A stretch of 64,000 nt of DNA from Lama guanicoe (taxonomy: Eukaryota): assembly GCA_013239625.1 (NCBI GenBank), contig MU053652.1:248001-312000 (forward strand). The letters run 5' to 3'. The first letter of the stretch is position 1. Every line of letters begins with the position of its first letter. Under the pieces are notes generated by a model. It did no database searches, was not told the origin of the DNA, and saw only the letters and a program-made list of their open reading frames with translations. A program made the translations under genes and the position numbers. Below are positions 24,748 through 38,347 of the stretch, one piece after another.

Positions 24748-26286
24748 CTACGCATTTAAAGAAAACGTAATAAATTAGAACCAGGGACACAATTTAGAAG
24801 TCATTTAGGAGACATGAGACAATACAGGTATAATAAACAGTACTGTATTTTATTTGTATAAGTAGCTATTACTTTCCTACTAATATCTCAGGATTGCATT
24901 GCTTCTCTCTGTTCATCAAATATTACATTATCATTGGAAATACACCAATTCATTCTGCCCAGTTATCCTCTAATGAATCACTCTAATGAATCTGACTGTT
25001 ACAAGAGAAAACCGCTAGATACAAATAGGTACACTCACAGCAGTATTGCATCTTTATTACTGGAAAGTAATTTCAATTCCACATTTCAAAAGGCACCCTT
25101 GCAGTCCCAGGAGACAGAGATCTTAGCAGAGAGAAAGGCTCTTCTGTTACATCTTTGTCATCAACTTGGGCCCTTCCTATTTTGAAACCAGCAACCTGGT
25201 CGGCTACTTCCTATGACATCTCACAGCTTGTCCTCAGAGCACGGGAAGGCCAACCTTGTGGTACCCTGGTAACTGGGAGCCACATAACCAGGGAAGCGGT
25301 TATCAGGTAGTGCTCTGTGGATCTGGAGGGTGGGGTCATGACTGCAGCTCTCCAGCTACTGTGACTCCACGTAAATCCCTCAAACTCCCTGAGCATCAGT
25401 GTCCTCACCTGTAAAATGAAACTTATTCCAAATGGACTCTAAACATCTCATTCCTACCATCAATAATTTAATTTAGTGCTCAAAATCATTTTAAAAAAAT
25501 CAAGGGGAAGAAATACAGACTCTTTAAAAATAGTTTCTAAAAGATTCAATGATAAAAACAGTTTGGTAAATGGTTTATTTGGGAGAATCACGAATAAAGC
25601 CTGGTTTATAGACTCAACCTCTTGGAAAGGAGTAGGAGAAAGCTCTCAGGGAGGAAAAAAGGTAAACAGGGGCCAGCACGCAGAACCACTGAACTGGGAA
25701 AAGGTAGACACAAGTTGCTGGAGAGCTTCTGCACTGAAGGATGCATTAATTCCTGTTTCTGCCTTGTCCAAGGAAGACATTTTGGGAAAAAGGTCTTTTT
25801 TTGGCTAATTAGCATAGAAACAAAGTAAACCCTCTTAAAGATGTAAAACCAATCAATTGCAGAAAGATAAGAACAGCAGGATTTTGAAGTTAGGAAATTT
25901 AATGAGCCGGAAGAAACGTGACCAGTTTCACTGAAGTGAGGCAACACTTAGACCAACACAAGGAGCCAAAAAGGAATCACAGTCTCCTGCTTTTCAAAGT
26001 TACGGAGGAAAAAAGTTTTAAGGAAGATTCAGCTGACACTAAGGAATATGAGACCTGCCTAGATTTTGTTTCCTGTAAGCGTGGTCTAATGGCATCCTTT
26101 TTATCACTCTTCTTTCTGACTACAAAATGTAACAGTGCTCAGAGAAGGTAACTTGCAAAAAAAAAAAAAAATCAGCTATCTTTGAAGATCTCAAATATTT
26201 AATAAAGCCATGTATTTTCAAAACAAATGAGTGAGATATTGTTGGTTTTACTCTGGATTTGATTTTAGAGAAACTTCTCTAGATTC

Positions 26287-26502
26287 TTTTTTTTTAAATT
26301 GAAGTTTAGTTGTTTTACAATGTTGTGTTTAGTTTCTGGTGTACAGCATAGTGATTCAGTCATATGTGTGTGTATGTGTATACATATATATATACACATA
26401 CACATACTCACTCTTCTTCATATTGTTTTTCATTATAGGTTATTATAAGCTATTGAATTTACCTCCATGTGTAGGGAGGTAGGACCTCGTCGTTTTATGT
26501 AT
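26287..26502 (-). mobile_element. LINE-1 3' end fragment (same family as the 50833-52275 element)
   Basis: Poly(T) followed by aaattgaagtttagttg...tttctggtgtacagcatagtgattcag, the reverse complement of the L1 tail seen at about 52200-52270. Confidence 0.8.
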
Positions 26503-27513
26503 TTCTTATATTCTAATTACAGAGGATCACTGGGGGAAGACGGGATACCAGGGAAGAGAGAAAACCTCCTGAAACCTGCAAGTCTGAGTTGCTGGAACTA
26601 TTGCCACCAGTGAGCAGCTGAAATGGAATGCAGTGGAGCCCACATGTCTCCCCTAGGGGAGGAAGGGGCAAGGTCAGCTGTGTGAACCTGCCACTGTCCT
26701 GTGGGGACAGGGAACTGGTTCTGCACCCTGTAGGAAACAGATTTTCCTTTATGTCACTTATATAAACAGAGGCTGTGCTCTAAAAAGAAAAAAGGGATAA
26801 TTTAGTGAGGAAATAACTTAGAAAATAAATCCTGAGTGGCAGTTTTACTCCACAGTGTTTGGGCAATTTCCTGTTTTGTAATATAACTCCTGTCATTTGA
26901 ATTATTTATATCTTGCCTCCCTTAAGTTAATTACAAACTTAAAATCTCACACTTCTGTTTGCATTCCTCTTGGGCCTAGCAGCGTGCTGCCGGCCCCCTG
27001 TACCCCCTCCCCAATCCCAAATGTACATACGCAAACTCACAAACACACATTAAAAATATACTGATTGATCCGGAATAAAATAAACTGAATAAATAAAATA
27101 AAGTGAAGTGGGTCGGAAAGAGAAAGAAGAATGCCACATGACATCATTTATATGAGGAATCTAAAAAATAATAATAATAATGAGGACACAAAGGGACTAA
27201 TTACCATTCTGATTTCTTGAATATGTGTAAGCACATTTGACTGTCCTTTATGATTGGATTACTGCATTCTGTTGATTCTTATTTTGTAGTTGGCTTTATT
27301 CCTTTGATAACTATGTAAGTTTAAAAGGTTAACGATCTAATATGTTCTTAGAAATAATAATTAGTACATATATGTAAACTAAAGGACAATGTGCAGTATA
27401 CTGTATATATGTATTTACATGCAATATAATGTGTATGTGCAGTCGAACTGTAATAATTCTACATAATAAAACTGCAAAAGGAGAAAAAAATTGATTGAAT
27501 GAAAAGTACTCAC

Positions 27514-27627
27514 TTCTATTTCCATATGAACACAGCTTGCTAAACCATCTCTTGCGATACCTTCTATGGTGTCGCGACTTAATCCATACTTGTGATTACC
27601 GTAATTAAAGGTTAGAATGAATTTCCC
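27514..27627 (-). CDS. LRGUK: LRGUK internal coding exon (probably exon 13): GKFILTFNYGNHKYGLSRDTIEGIARDGLASCVHMEIE
   Basis: 114 bp, phase 0/0. Acceptor tttcAG at 27628-27629, donor GTGAGT at 27508-27513. Lies inside ORF 27415..27657. GK-like 'F...Y.N.YG' segment. Confidence 0.96.
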
Positions 27628-30600
27628 CTGAAATTTAAGAAGTACAAAGATTTTCATATAACAGCTGCCATCATGGAATTTAATATAAATAAAAAAATTT
27701 GATGTTTTATTTTATATGATTTCATAAAAGTTATAAATATTAGCAATTATATAAGGATGCCAATGCATTTATGAAACATAATAACAAATTGTGATGGAGA
27801 AATTCATTCAGGAGTCTCAGCTGGCAAAACAAATTAGGTTTTTGGAAATAATCTGCTGACCAAATGTTTGAGCAGAGGGAAGGCACTGAAGCTCATGGTA
27901 AACAGATCATTTGCTGGCTTCCCCATCCCCTGCCAAACCTACACTATAAACCTCCATTACTGAGAAGGCAAAACTAATACGTCACCCTTTGCCTCAGCCA
28001 TTTCGGCTCTGCCAGCACACCAGGTCTCTCCCCCAAAAGCTTCCATTCTCAAAAGCCTCGCACTCGCAGATAAGCCTGCAGGCCATGGATTACAGGGATG
28101 TCCTAAAACCTTTGCAGCCTGAGATAAGCCATGAAAAACAGATCCGTCCTGCTTTTCCTTATAAACATCGCTTTTTATTGAAACTGCCCCAGATGTATTC
28201 AGCAGCATTGTGTGCCCTCCAGTCATTTTAAGTATAAATACTGCCTTTGCTCCTTATTCTGGAAGCCCAGTTCTTCCCAAAGCTGTATTACCGTGCCAAA
28301 AAAAAAAAAAGGCAAGTAGAAACACACATCTCAAAATTGTCTGACTTTTTCTCTGAACATATTTACTGAACAACAAGGTTTAATCTAAACTGGAAGGCTG
28401 ATGACAACAGAAGGAATAAAAATGTGGACATTCTTGGCAACCGTGACTCCTTACACACGTTGATTTTGAAATAAATAATGATGTGAAAACTCCCAAGGCT
28501 GAATCCCATCGATTGAAGCCCATCAAACGGCAGCACCGCCATTAGAAACAGTAAGAGTTAAGAGTCTTTTATGCTACCCTGTGCCTCCTGGCCCCAGGTT
28601 TTCTGGAGATCTGTGGGGATGGGGGGCAGGCTGTCTGTTGGAGGGGGTGTTGGAAGGCCAGGAGACATAGGGTGTCCCTCACAGGGGTGAGTCTTTGGGG
28701 GATGTGTCTGCTGTGAGTGATGAGGAAAAGCCACACACAACATAATCGAAAGAAATTTATGTCATGGATTCTGAAAGTTAAAATCTCAACAGTAAATATC
28801 CTTACTGTTTGACTTCCTCAATGTCGTGTACTCTTTGTTCTTTCAAACACACACTGTGACTCCTTTCCTTTTAAAATCTGTAGTCTTATCTATTTGGTAA
28901 CTAGGCATCTGATGCCCCCATAAGGTATGTATTCGATTTTGTTCACTGTGAGTCTGTTTTTGTAATGTCTGTTTGAATCCCCTTTTCAGATACATACTAC
29001 GAGTTTGTTTACTTGTGTGTACGAGGGTCTCCCTCTGTGGATCCCAAAAACATTTTCTGGAAGGATGTTTGGTTGGGAGGAATCTTGCATTGTTACTTGT
29101 GTGTCTAAAACAGGGCTTATTCAACGGATTTGTTAAGAATTGAGATGAAGTGGTCCCCCAGCTCCTGGATAGTCCTTGCATTGTTCCCTATGGATTTTTT
29201 AATAAATAGCAGTAATCATACTTCAGAAACCTCCAGATCTGTGGTCTTATTTCCACAAAAGAAGAAGAGACTCTGTAGGTAAGTGACTGTGTTTATGTCC
29301 TTAAACGGGGCTCCTGTGTCTACGGGCACACGGGGTGGGGGATGATCTGTGTTTGGGGGTGGGGGTGGAATGTATATGGAGGGGTGTGGGAGTTAGGTGT
29401 ACCTGTCACAGAGCGTAGGTGGGACTGTCCACAGCAGGTGAGCAGGGCTGTCTGTCAAGGTGGGGACTGTGATTTGGGAGGGGGACAGGCTGTCCGGGTG
29501 AGCGTTCCATGGAGGGGGTTTCTGTGTACAGAAGGCTGAGTGTGTGGGCGTAACTGGTAAGGCTGACCATGTGTCTTGAGTTTCTCATCTCTAGGTTTGT
29601 CTCTCTTCATGAAACAGCCTCAAGCTTACCTTCAAGAAAAGAAGATCTGAAGCAAAATCCAAGTTGAAGATAAAGAACTTACAGTGAAGTAATATATGCT
29701 AGCAGAAGCAGTAAAAATGAGTACTTCTCAAACACGCAAGAACTTCTGTGGAGGGAGTGAAAGTAGAAGACTAGATCTGGTACAGAAGCACAATGATTTC
29801 CTTCTTAGGCTAGAAACGGAACCAGGCTTACTTGACTACAGATACGATAAGGAGTGAAACATCAGAGGAGCATGTGAGGCACTGAGGACAGATGAATTAA
29901 CCAAGAGAAAAATGTCTCAGACTCTAACGAGAGAAATTAACATCAATTTTGGGAACTACTTGTCTTTCAGCCCAGAGTCCTAGGAGAATGCTTCTTACTA
30001 ATGTCAAGATAACTCCTCAAATTTCTATTACGGCTTTTAGAAATATGAAGTCCCAGAGTACTCCTGATACTTTAGACTGAACTTCTAAAACACAGCCCTA
30101 GGAGAGAAAATCATAAAGAATTTCCAAGAGGTTCTCTTGACAAGATTAGAGCGAAAATATCCTGGTGATTATAGGACTTTCTCGCTTGGGTTTCTCTGTG
30201 AAAGCTAGAGAAAACGCGCACCCCGTGTAACGCTGGCCGTTCCAAATTAAACTCGTCGCAACTAAGAGCCTCTTGCTTTAAGTGCTCCAGAAGATCTAAG
30301 CTCGTGCACTGAGGTATAAGCCAGCTCCATTTTGGGGGGAAGAGGCAGAGAAAGGATGGAAGGAGAAAGAAGAGAGGGGAGAGGGGGATGTAGCTATAAA
30401 AGCATCACTGGTTGGATGGTAATCTTTCAAAAGCAGAAATATAAACTTATCCTTAATCCAGTCTTTCAGTAGGCTTCAGGAAAAAACAAGAGTGGTGTAG
30501 GATTCATTTGGTGATAGAAAAGATGATAATATAAACACAATTAAGGCCCATGGTGAAGAGAAAATAAAAGGCTTACAGATTCATCAGTAGTGATGAATAT

Positions 30601-31527
30601 GAGATACTCTCGCTGTTTAACTGAAGTCATGGGTGGATATGTATTGACATTAGCATATACTTTTGGCAGATAAAATACACCAGGGTTGTGAGAATTCCCT
30701 TTGCATGTAAAGACCAAGAAAGAATGAATTTTTTTTTTAGGAAATGAACTCAGAGACAAGGATGTCATGAATTATTACCAATAACTAGATTTGTCAGGGT
30801 TCAGGGAAAAAAATCTTCAAATTGAGTAAGATTTCCCATAGCTAGTATGAAATGGACTAGGGCAGGGTAGTTAGCCTCACCTAGTAAAGACACAGACCTC
30901 AAAGAAATGAGGAGTCCTCTCTGGTCTAATGGCAAGGGCTTCCACCTGCATTAGTGAACTGCCTGCCCTCCAGAACTCAGGACTTCACACACAGGGATGT
31001 CATGGTGGGAGATTAAGGCTGTGGACATGTCCAGGGCAGACCAACTAAATGGGATATACCAGGGTGAAATGGAGCTTAGGGTTGCAACGATCAGAAAGCA
31101 CCAGTGATGGCAAACAGAGGGAGTGGTCTCTGGACAGAACAATCCAACCCCCTGAAGTGCTCAGTTCACAAGCTTGGTGCATCCCAGCAGGTCTGTGAGA
31201 ATTGTTTGTCTTGAGTAAATCCAATCAAGAAGAGAAGCACCTGATCAATACAGATCTAAAGAACTTTTCGTGGTGTCCTTCCTCCCAGCTTCTTAATATG
31301 TCTGTTTATTTAGTTTCACTGGAAATTTATAATATTTTCTCCAAGATCATAAAATCAAGCAGCATGTGAACAATGATGTATTAAATGCTTAAGGAAAAAG
31401 TAACTCAGTAAGAACACATCTCTCATGAAAAAACAAATATAATTGTTCTCTTTCTTATTACTATTTCCTAATATTTCTACTGGAGAACTTGTCTTTCTTG
31501 TGCGATAAAAATTGAGAACATTCTTAC

Positions 31528-31624
31528 CATGTTGAACATTTCATCAAAAACTTCTTGAGAGATGAAATGATAATCAACTCGATCTCCTTCTCCAAAGTAA
31601 GGTGGTCTTGTGGTGTGAAAGGGC
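31528..31624 (-). CDS. LRGUK: LRGUK internal coding exon (probably exon 12), GK GMP-binding region: (G)PFHTTRPPYFGEGDRVDYHFISQEVFDEMFNM
   Basis: 97 bp, phase 2 to 0. Acceptor ttttcAG at 31625-31626, donor GTAAGA at 31522-31527. Guanylate kinase signature HTTRxP..GE...DYHF. Confidence 0.96.
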
Positions 31625-32874
31625 CTGAAAACATAAAGCAGGTAACCTCCTCATCTAGTTCCATTAACTTGAAATTCAAAATGGAAAAAGTTTTGGTCTA
31701 GACTATGTTTAAAAAAATACTAAAATTGATCCACAAATCATAAATCATAAGTAACATAACTGTGAAAACCCTGAGGTTTTACAGTGCTCGGCTACATTCA
31801 CTTGCTGTATTCTACAGGGATTAGACAAATTCCGGATTATAGACACCAAACTTTCACTCTTTGTTCTTTATCACCTCCTGAACCACCTCCTCTGATACCA
31901 CATCATAACACTTTGAGATATAACAATATTTATTATCCACAGGCTTTTCACCCCACTGTTTTCATGCTGTCTCTGATATACGGGCGCTTTCTGCATGCTT
32001 CCCTCCCCATTCCTCTGCCTGGCTGACTCACTTGTCTTTCAGGACTCAGTTTAAGCATCACTTCCCTAAAAGGCCTTTCCTGACTCCCTGTCGCTGAATT
32101 TCACACCTCCTCTTCATCTTTCCAGAGCCTCAGTGCCTACCGCCATCTGCCTCCCAGCCCCTGTTCAGGATCCCATCTCCTCCGCAGCCTGAGGGCAGGG
32201 ATGAGCTCATTCCACTGTCCCCGCACAGTATCGATACTGTGCATGAACCTCCCATGGGAATCCAGGACGCCAGTGCCGAATGGAATTCTCAGCCCAGCCA
32301 GAGAGGCCTTTCTGCTCGCCCTCTGATACAGCATCCCCACTCCATCCTGCCACACCCCCAAGTACTCTCCATCACCAAAACTACCTTCTTCTCTCTGTTT
32401 TCTTCCTATCTTCCCCAGCAGGACGTGCGAATCATGAGGGGAGGACTTCATCTTGCTCATCTCATCTGCCACTGCATCCCCAATGCCTCGCATTTATTAA
32501 ATATTTGCAGCATGAATGAATTAATGAAACATGAAATGGATGTGATGAACTCCATTTTAAGATGACTACAAACATGACTTGTCTGAGACCAGGCCAGGAT
32601 CAGTCCCAGACCCAGAAGTGCAGGCATCCCAGCTAGGCCAGGACTCTTGATTTTGTACCATTCTGACCTCCCAATGTTAAGTTCTGGGAATGCAAACTGA
32701 TCTTTAGATTATCCTACGGTTTTAAAATAAGAGATGCAAGCTATTAGACACATGATACACTATTTCATTTACTCCTCACAGAAAACCATGAGGTAGGTGT
32801 TACTGTTTTTATTTTATAGAGGATAAAATTGAGGCAGAGCAGTTATAAGTAATGTGAGTAAGAAACAACAGGAT

Positions 32875-32929
32875 CCTGCAACTCTCTGAAGCCAGAGCTA
32901 CATAGCTAGCATGAAAAAAAAAAAAAAGA
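32875..32929 (+). mobile_element. Tiny retroposed insertion: 39-nt body plus poly(A), flanked by a perfect 15-bp TSD
   Basis: aagaaacaacaggat occurs at 32860-32874 and again at 32930-32944, enclosing cctgcaactctctgaagccagagctacatagctagcatg plus A14gA. Confidence 0.8.
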
Positions 32930-35900
32930 AAGAAACAACAGGATGACACCAAAGTCAAGTTCTTTCAGCATCACACTAAAAGGGTAAAGTCGCAACCTCA
33001 AAATCCTCTCCATTACAAAGTCAAAGACAAATGGATTTTCATAGCTCATACCACGTTCCTCTTCCATTATAATCAAGAATTAACTATCCTATAAATTCGA
33101 AGGTCTTAACATTACATTTAAATTGTATATTCAGGAAAGAGAGCATATTCTAAGAGAAGAATGTCAAAACACACAACATTTGTTGTGCTGTTTGGGTACA
33201 CTGGCATTCCTCCACACCCCTTGGCAGGGACTTGAGACCCTCTGTCTACAGGACAGATAACTCAGTAACTTGACATCCTGTACTGCACACCCTTAGCATA
33301 TCCTTTATGCACTGCACTGAATTTGCATTTTCCAGCAAAGGAATTGAGTGGCAGGGATTTTTGTCCAGAATTTCTAAGAAGAAAACAAAGCAAAGAAGCA
33401 ACTCAAACTTCTAGGCAGGTAAATAAAGAGATGGCTTCACTGACACGGAAAATGCTGATGACAAAACCGGCAGCCACTGCAGAACTTTCTGTTAAGAAAG
33501 ACCTAAGATGACCTGTGGTTTTTTGAATCTGTCATCCAAGTCTCACATATGGAAATGTTCGCTGTGTAGTATGCCACCCAAATACGAACATTTTAAAAAG
33601 GAAATACTTCATAGAAAAGCAATATTTGACTAAACTTAGAAAAAACATGATACCAGACTTTAGGGAAGAAATTTGCCTGGGCCATCACCTTGAATATTGC
33701 TCCTCTCCCGTATCTAAATATAATTTCACTTGTAATTTACATTTCCATAAGTTTATTATTACTAATTAATTTACTAGTTAGATGACTGTAAATTAGTCAA
33801 ATCATGGTTTGTAATGGGAGCCATAGTCCCTTGTTACTTTCACTTAACAGACAAAAGAGTTGACTTAGCAATTAGCCCCAGGATATAACACTGGTGCTAA
33901 ACTAAGGGTGAGTGGGTTAGCACTCTAAAGGCCAATTCATTGGCCATCTGTCATTGATGACCCTAACAAACCATCTCCACAGACAGGAGAACATGATCAG
34001 GAGGGAAAGGAATCTGGAAAGGCCAGGCCAAATAATGAAACGTTAATATACCCAAGAAAACGTAATAGGAAGAAGAAAAGATATCTAAGAAAGCTAGCAG
34101 ACGGACGAGGACACAGACATTTCTTCAGTGTGATTCAGAAGCATGCAGATTTAGAATCTCAATTCCGGACCAGATTGCCTCAAGAAATAACGAACTTCTT
34201 GTCACTGTAAATATTTAGGCAGCGGCTTGGCTGTGAGCTCATCCAAATTCAAGTACGTTATAGCATGCCATATTGTTAGTTAGGGAGCTCTTTCTCTGGG
34301 GAGCCACAACAGCCCAGGTATTCCTAGGGCATTTGGTAGGCAAATGAAATTAATCCCAATGCTCAGTGCAAATAAATGTCGGTATTGCTGGACACAATTA
34401 AGAGATCATGAGCACAGCAGATGCCAGCACGTACTGTGTCTGAGCATCAGATTCCAGGAAGCCACTACTCTATTCACTTTCCGGTAACTACATACCACTC
34501 TCTAATTCATGCCATCTACATCCGTCACTATATCCTAAGCAGTGATCTTGTCTGCAGCCTTCCCTCCCCAAGCCCTCCCCGAAACTGCCCACAGGATGTA
34601 CTTTCTAAAACGCAGCTGTGATCACGACACGCCCCTGCTTAGAGACTCTTGATGCTCAGACCCCGGTCTACTTTTCTGGTCTTATCTTCTGCCATCTTCC
34701 TCCACACCTCAAGTCCAGCCACACTACAGTGTACTTTCAGTGACCCAAATGTGCCCGGTGTTCTGCCTGCCTGGAATGCAATCTCCACTCCCCAGTCACA
34801 TCCCACTATCTTTCACTTCAGTCACAGAGGCTCTTTCCTTCCCACACACAGTACCCAACAAACTGTCCAGTTAGACAGCATTTATTCATCATCTAAATCT
34901 CACACTAGGTGCAAGCTACCAGGAGGACAAGGGCCATGTCTGCTTGGTTTCTAGTTTTCTCACTGGAACCGGGCACATGGATGGTGCTCAGTAAACACTG
35001 ACTGAGGGAATGGATGCACCATCCTACCAGTCCGCCACATCTGCATAAACGGACAAGAGAATAGATGGTGCTTGGGCAGCCATAGCTCAGACCATCTCAT
35101 TTAGCTAAATAGCTGTGGTCTTTTACTTCACTGTAGTCCAGTCCTAAAAGGAAAATCTAGTAGTCAATGTCATGGAAAAGGTCATAAAAATAGAGATTGC
35201 TATAAAACAGAGATCTAATGAAGAAGCATAAAGTTATGCTTCTATGACTTTTCAGATCACTTTCAAGGCCTCACGTCTGGAAGATGAACACGCACGCTGC
35301 TATTGTTGTACGTTTCTCTCATTACCCAGCATGCTTCCAGGAAGCCACAGGTCTGCATGGTAATATTAAGATTGGAAATAAATGGAGAGACTCGGAAGGT
35401 GGTAAATGCCTATTTCCATGCCACTTACAGCTAACACAGGTAAAGAAAGAACATCCAGCCTATTTTTAAAACCAAGAACAAATAATAAAATCAGAACCTT
35501 GGACAAGGGCACAATCTCTCGGCCACACCAATAATTTGTTATACTACCGAGCTATGGTTTTAATATGGATACCTCTGGATATGCAACTTAGCATGTGAAA
35601 ATTTCATTGAATGTCTTGGTTCTGGGTCAATGCAATTTAAAAAGGAAGAGAAAAGTGCCAGGAGAAAATGAAATAGATAGGAGGGAAAAAAAAGATTCAG
35701 ACAAATGGCAGAGAAAGCACCTTTGTAAATGCTTATGTGTTTCACAATAAGACTGTACATATGGCCTTTTTTCTTTTCAGTTAATAAAAATCAATAAAAT
35801 GTATGCTGGATAAAGAATAAAAGAAAAGAAAACCTAAACAAGAACAATGACTTGCTCCTGAGGATGTGCTTCAGTTTTATCATTTGTTTTAATCAGAAAG

Positions 35901-36780
35901 TTGCTGCATTAAATTAGTAGTACTACCTGACTTTCTCATTGCATGAAATGACTAGTTCGCTAACACCTTTTTTATTCAATGATATGCTCTTTGATCCACG
36001 CCTTGATGGAATTCTTAGAATGATTTGCCACTGAACAACCCTGACCTCTGCCTCCCGGAGGATGCCAGTGCCTGGTTGGATGCTGCGTCTGAGCCTGTGA
36101 GGGAAGTGGGTGAGTGAGCAGGGGGCACTTGTGAGTGTCTTCCCACTCACCACGAGAAACAGCAGTGGCAGCGGTAACAGTGAAGGAGCAGGAAGCTAAT
36201 TTTGGGATTTTGTTTTGCCACCTTGTACCTCCACACAAATTGCACATGACACTAACTATTTAAGGTCTCAGTTCCCCACCAGATTACAAAGTTCATTAAG
36301 GCAAAGACCTCACCAGTCTTGTTCCCACCGTATCTTCAGGGTCAAGCACATGGGAAGAAACCGATAAACGTTTATCAAAAGAATGGATGGACAAATCCCT
36401 CCGTCCCTTCTTATCCCCATCGGTGGAAGTTGGGGAAACCACCTATGCTTCTTATTACAGTAATTCCCTGCTAAACATTTCATACAATAGCATTCATTCA
36501 TTCCTCCACCAATTCACTCAAGCACTTAGTCATTCATTTACCAAATATTTCTCATGCATTTATTAAGTGCCTGGCTACCTGCTGAACATTGAGAACTCAG
36601 TGGTAAGCAAAGCTGACGTTGGTGGTCAGCTTACAGTCGAGCAGGCAAAACAAGCGTTAAATACATCATCACAAACATGATGGATAAATATTCTAATAGG
36701 TGAAAGGAGGATTTAATAAGAATGAACACTGGCGGTGCCTATCCAGGAGAGAATGTAGAGGCAGACTGGACCAGAAACTT

Positions 36781-36868
36781 TCTTTGGTGTGTGCAGGTAC
36801 TGGGGATTAAGCCCAGGACCTTGCACATGCTAAGCATGTGCCCTATCACTGAGCTATTATTATCTCCC
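36781..36868 (-). mobile_element. tRNA-derived SINE, Vic-1-like (camelid)
   Basis: Reverse complement reads ...tagctcagtgatagggcacatgcttagcatgtgcaaggtcctgggcttaatccccagtacc: A-box, degenerate B-box and tRNA-Ala-like body. Imperfect flanking repeat cagaaacttt / cagaatcttt. Family name from recall. Confidence 0.75.
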
Positions 36869-38227
36869 TTCACCCCCAGATCAGAATCTTTATGATCAGT
36901 TAATAAACACCTCCAGAAACACATCTGACCCAGAGTGCCTCAGCGGTGCCCATCACAAGTAAACATGAAGGACGGGCTACCAGCCATCTGCAACCTAATT
37001 GGTGTCAGAAATGTGAAAAGAATTTTAACTGGAGAAAGCCTTGGCTCCCATAACTCACTGCGGTTTGCTGAAAGGTTCCAGATTTACGTATTAGCACTGT
37101 GGTCGGGACACACCTTTTTGCTCTAATTGGATCATCCATTCATTGTGTCTTACTTATTTTTCAAAACAGGTTCCGTACCACCATATAAGCATGATGACAC
37201 TCTGTACTTTTTTATTCTAATATCAAGTTTTAACTTATTGTTGTTGCTTCAAGGTGTTTAGAATATACTAATGGATAAATTGTTCTATGTATTTGTATCC
37301 TAGAACTGTCCAAATGGGGGATGTAATGTTAGATCTCTAAATAAATGGACCTGTTTAAAATAGTGTTTACATTGTTTGAACATGTGTAGCTTCAGGGAAG
37401 GAACTTTTCTGTAATAGCATTAGAAAATAATTTGCATTTCTCTTTCTTTCTGTCCTATATATCTTGGCAGACACATTCTCGGCTCACTGGCAAACATCAC
37501 TAATCTAAAAGTAATGTTTTTGCCATAGATGAAAAATAAGAGAAAACCAGTTTTAAAGACCACAGCAGTAATTCTAAATCTGACTCCCTGAAAACTTTTA
37601 AAAAGTCTGTAAATCCAGCTGAAGATTTTCTTGGATGGTTCTAATTTTTTGGATATAACCTTCTATTTTAACTGGGTCATTAGGGAATCACGCAGCAAAA
37701 TATTTGCTCTGGAAAACCAAAAGTATATTGAAGGCTAACCTGAGGAAAAGGAAAAGAAACACTTTTGCTGCCCCTTTTCCTTCCTCTTCCTCTTCCTCCT
37801 TCAGGAAATATGCCTCCAAAGAGGAGGACCCGTGTGCAAATGAAGCAGCTGATGGCTGGCAGCATGAGCTCCAGCAGAGACCAGGAGAGGCTGTCACCGG
37901 TGCACAAACCTACCCACCACCCATCACAACACTGTGATTTGTGTTGTCACACCACACACAGGAGGAGACCGCGTTTCAACACCACTGGGCTTAATTAAAG
38001 CCACGTGTACCTTCCAACACGTGGAGAGTGATTTCGGTTGTTGAATTAAGTAAAACATTTGGAGAATTAAAGTTAAAAAAAAAATTACAGTGTATATCAC
38101 AGTGTAACACCTAGTAAAGATGCTCATAAGCCTTCTATGTACATTTTTAAAAACTTGCTTAAAATTAATAACCAACATTTGCAATATTAGACATGTGACA
38201 GCCTTATCAGCCAACAAAGAAACTTAC

Positions 38228-38347
38228 CCGTATCTGAAGTAAGTGCTAAACTGCCTGCAGAGGCGATGAGCGAGCTCTCGTTTACCACACGCTTGAGGAC
38301 CAGCCAACACCAGAATGGGATACGGGGCATCCAAACTCGGAAGGGTG
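38228..38347 (-). CDS. LRGUK: LRGUK internal coding exon (probably exon 11), start of GK-like domain with P-loop: (S)TLPSLDAPYPILVLAGPQACGKRELAHRLCRQFSTYFRY(G)
   Basis: 120 bp, phase 2/2. Acceptor gcAG at 38348-38349, donor GTAAGT at 38222-38227. Hydrophobic strand followed by Walker A-like GPxxxGK. Confidence 0.96.

Noticed and set aside
29331..29400. G-run cluster as a functional G-quadruplex or promoter
   Set aside because: G-runs are present, but there is no CpG island or other promoter evidence, and such tracts are common in introns.
36795..36860. tRNA-Ala gene
   Set aside because: The B-box and stems are degenerate, the acceptor end is not intact and flanking direct repeats are present, so it is a tRNA-derived SINE.
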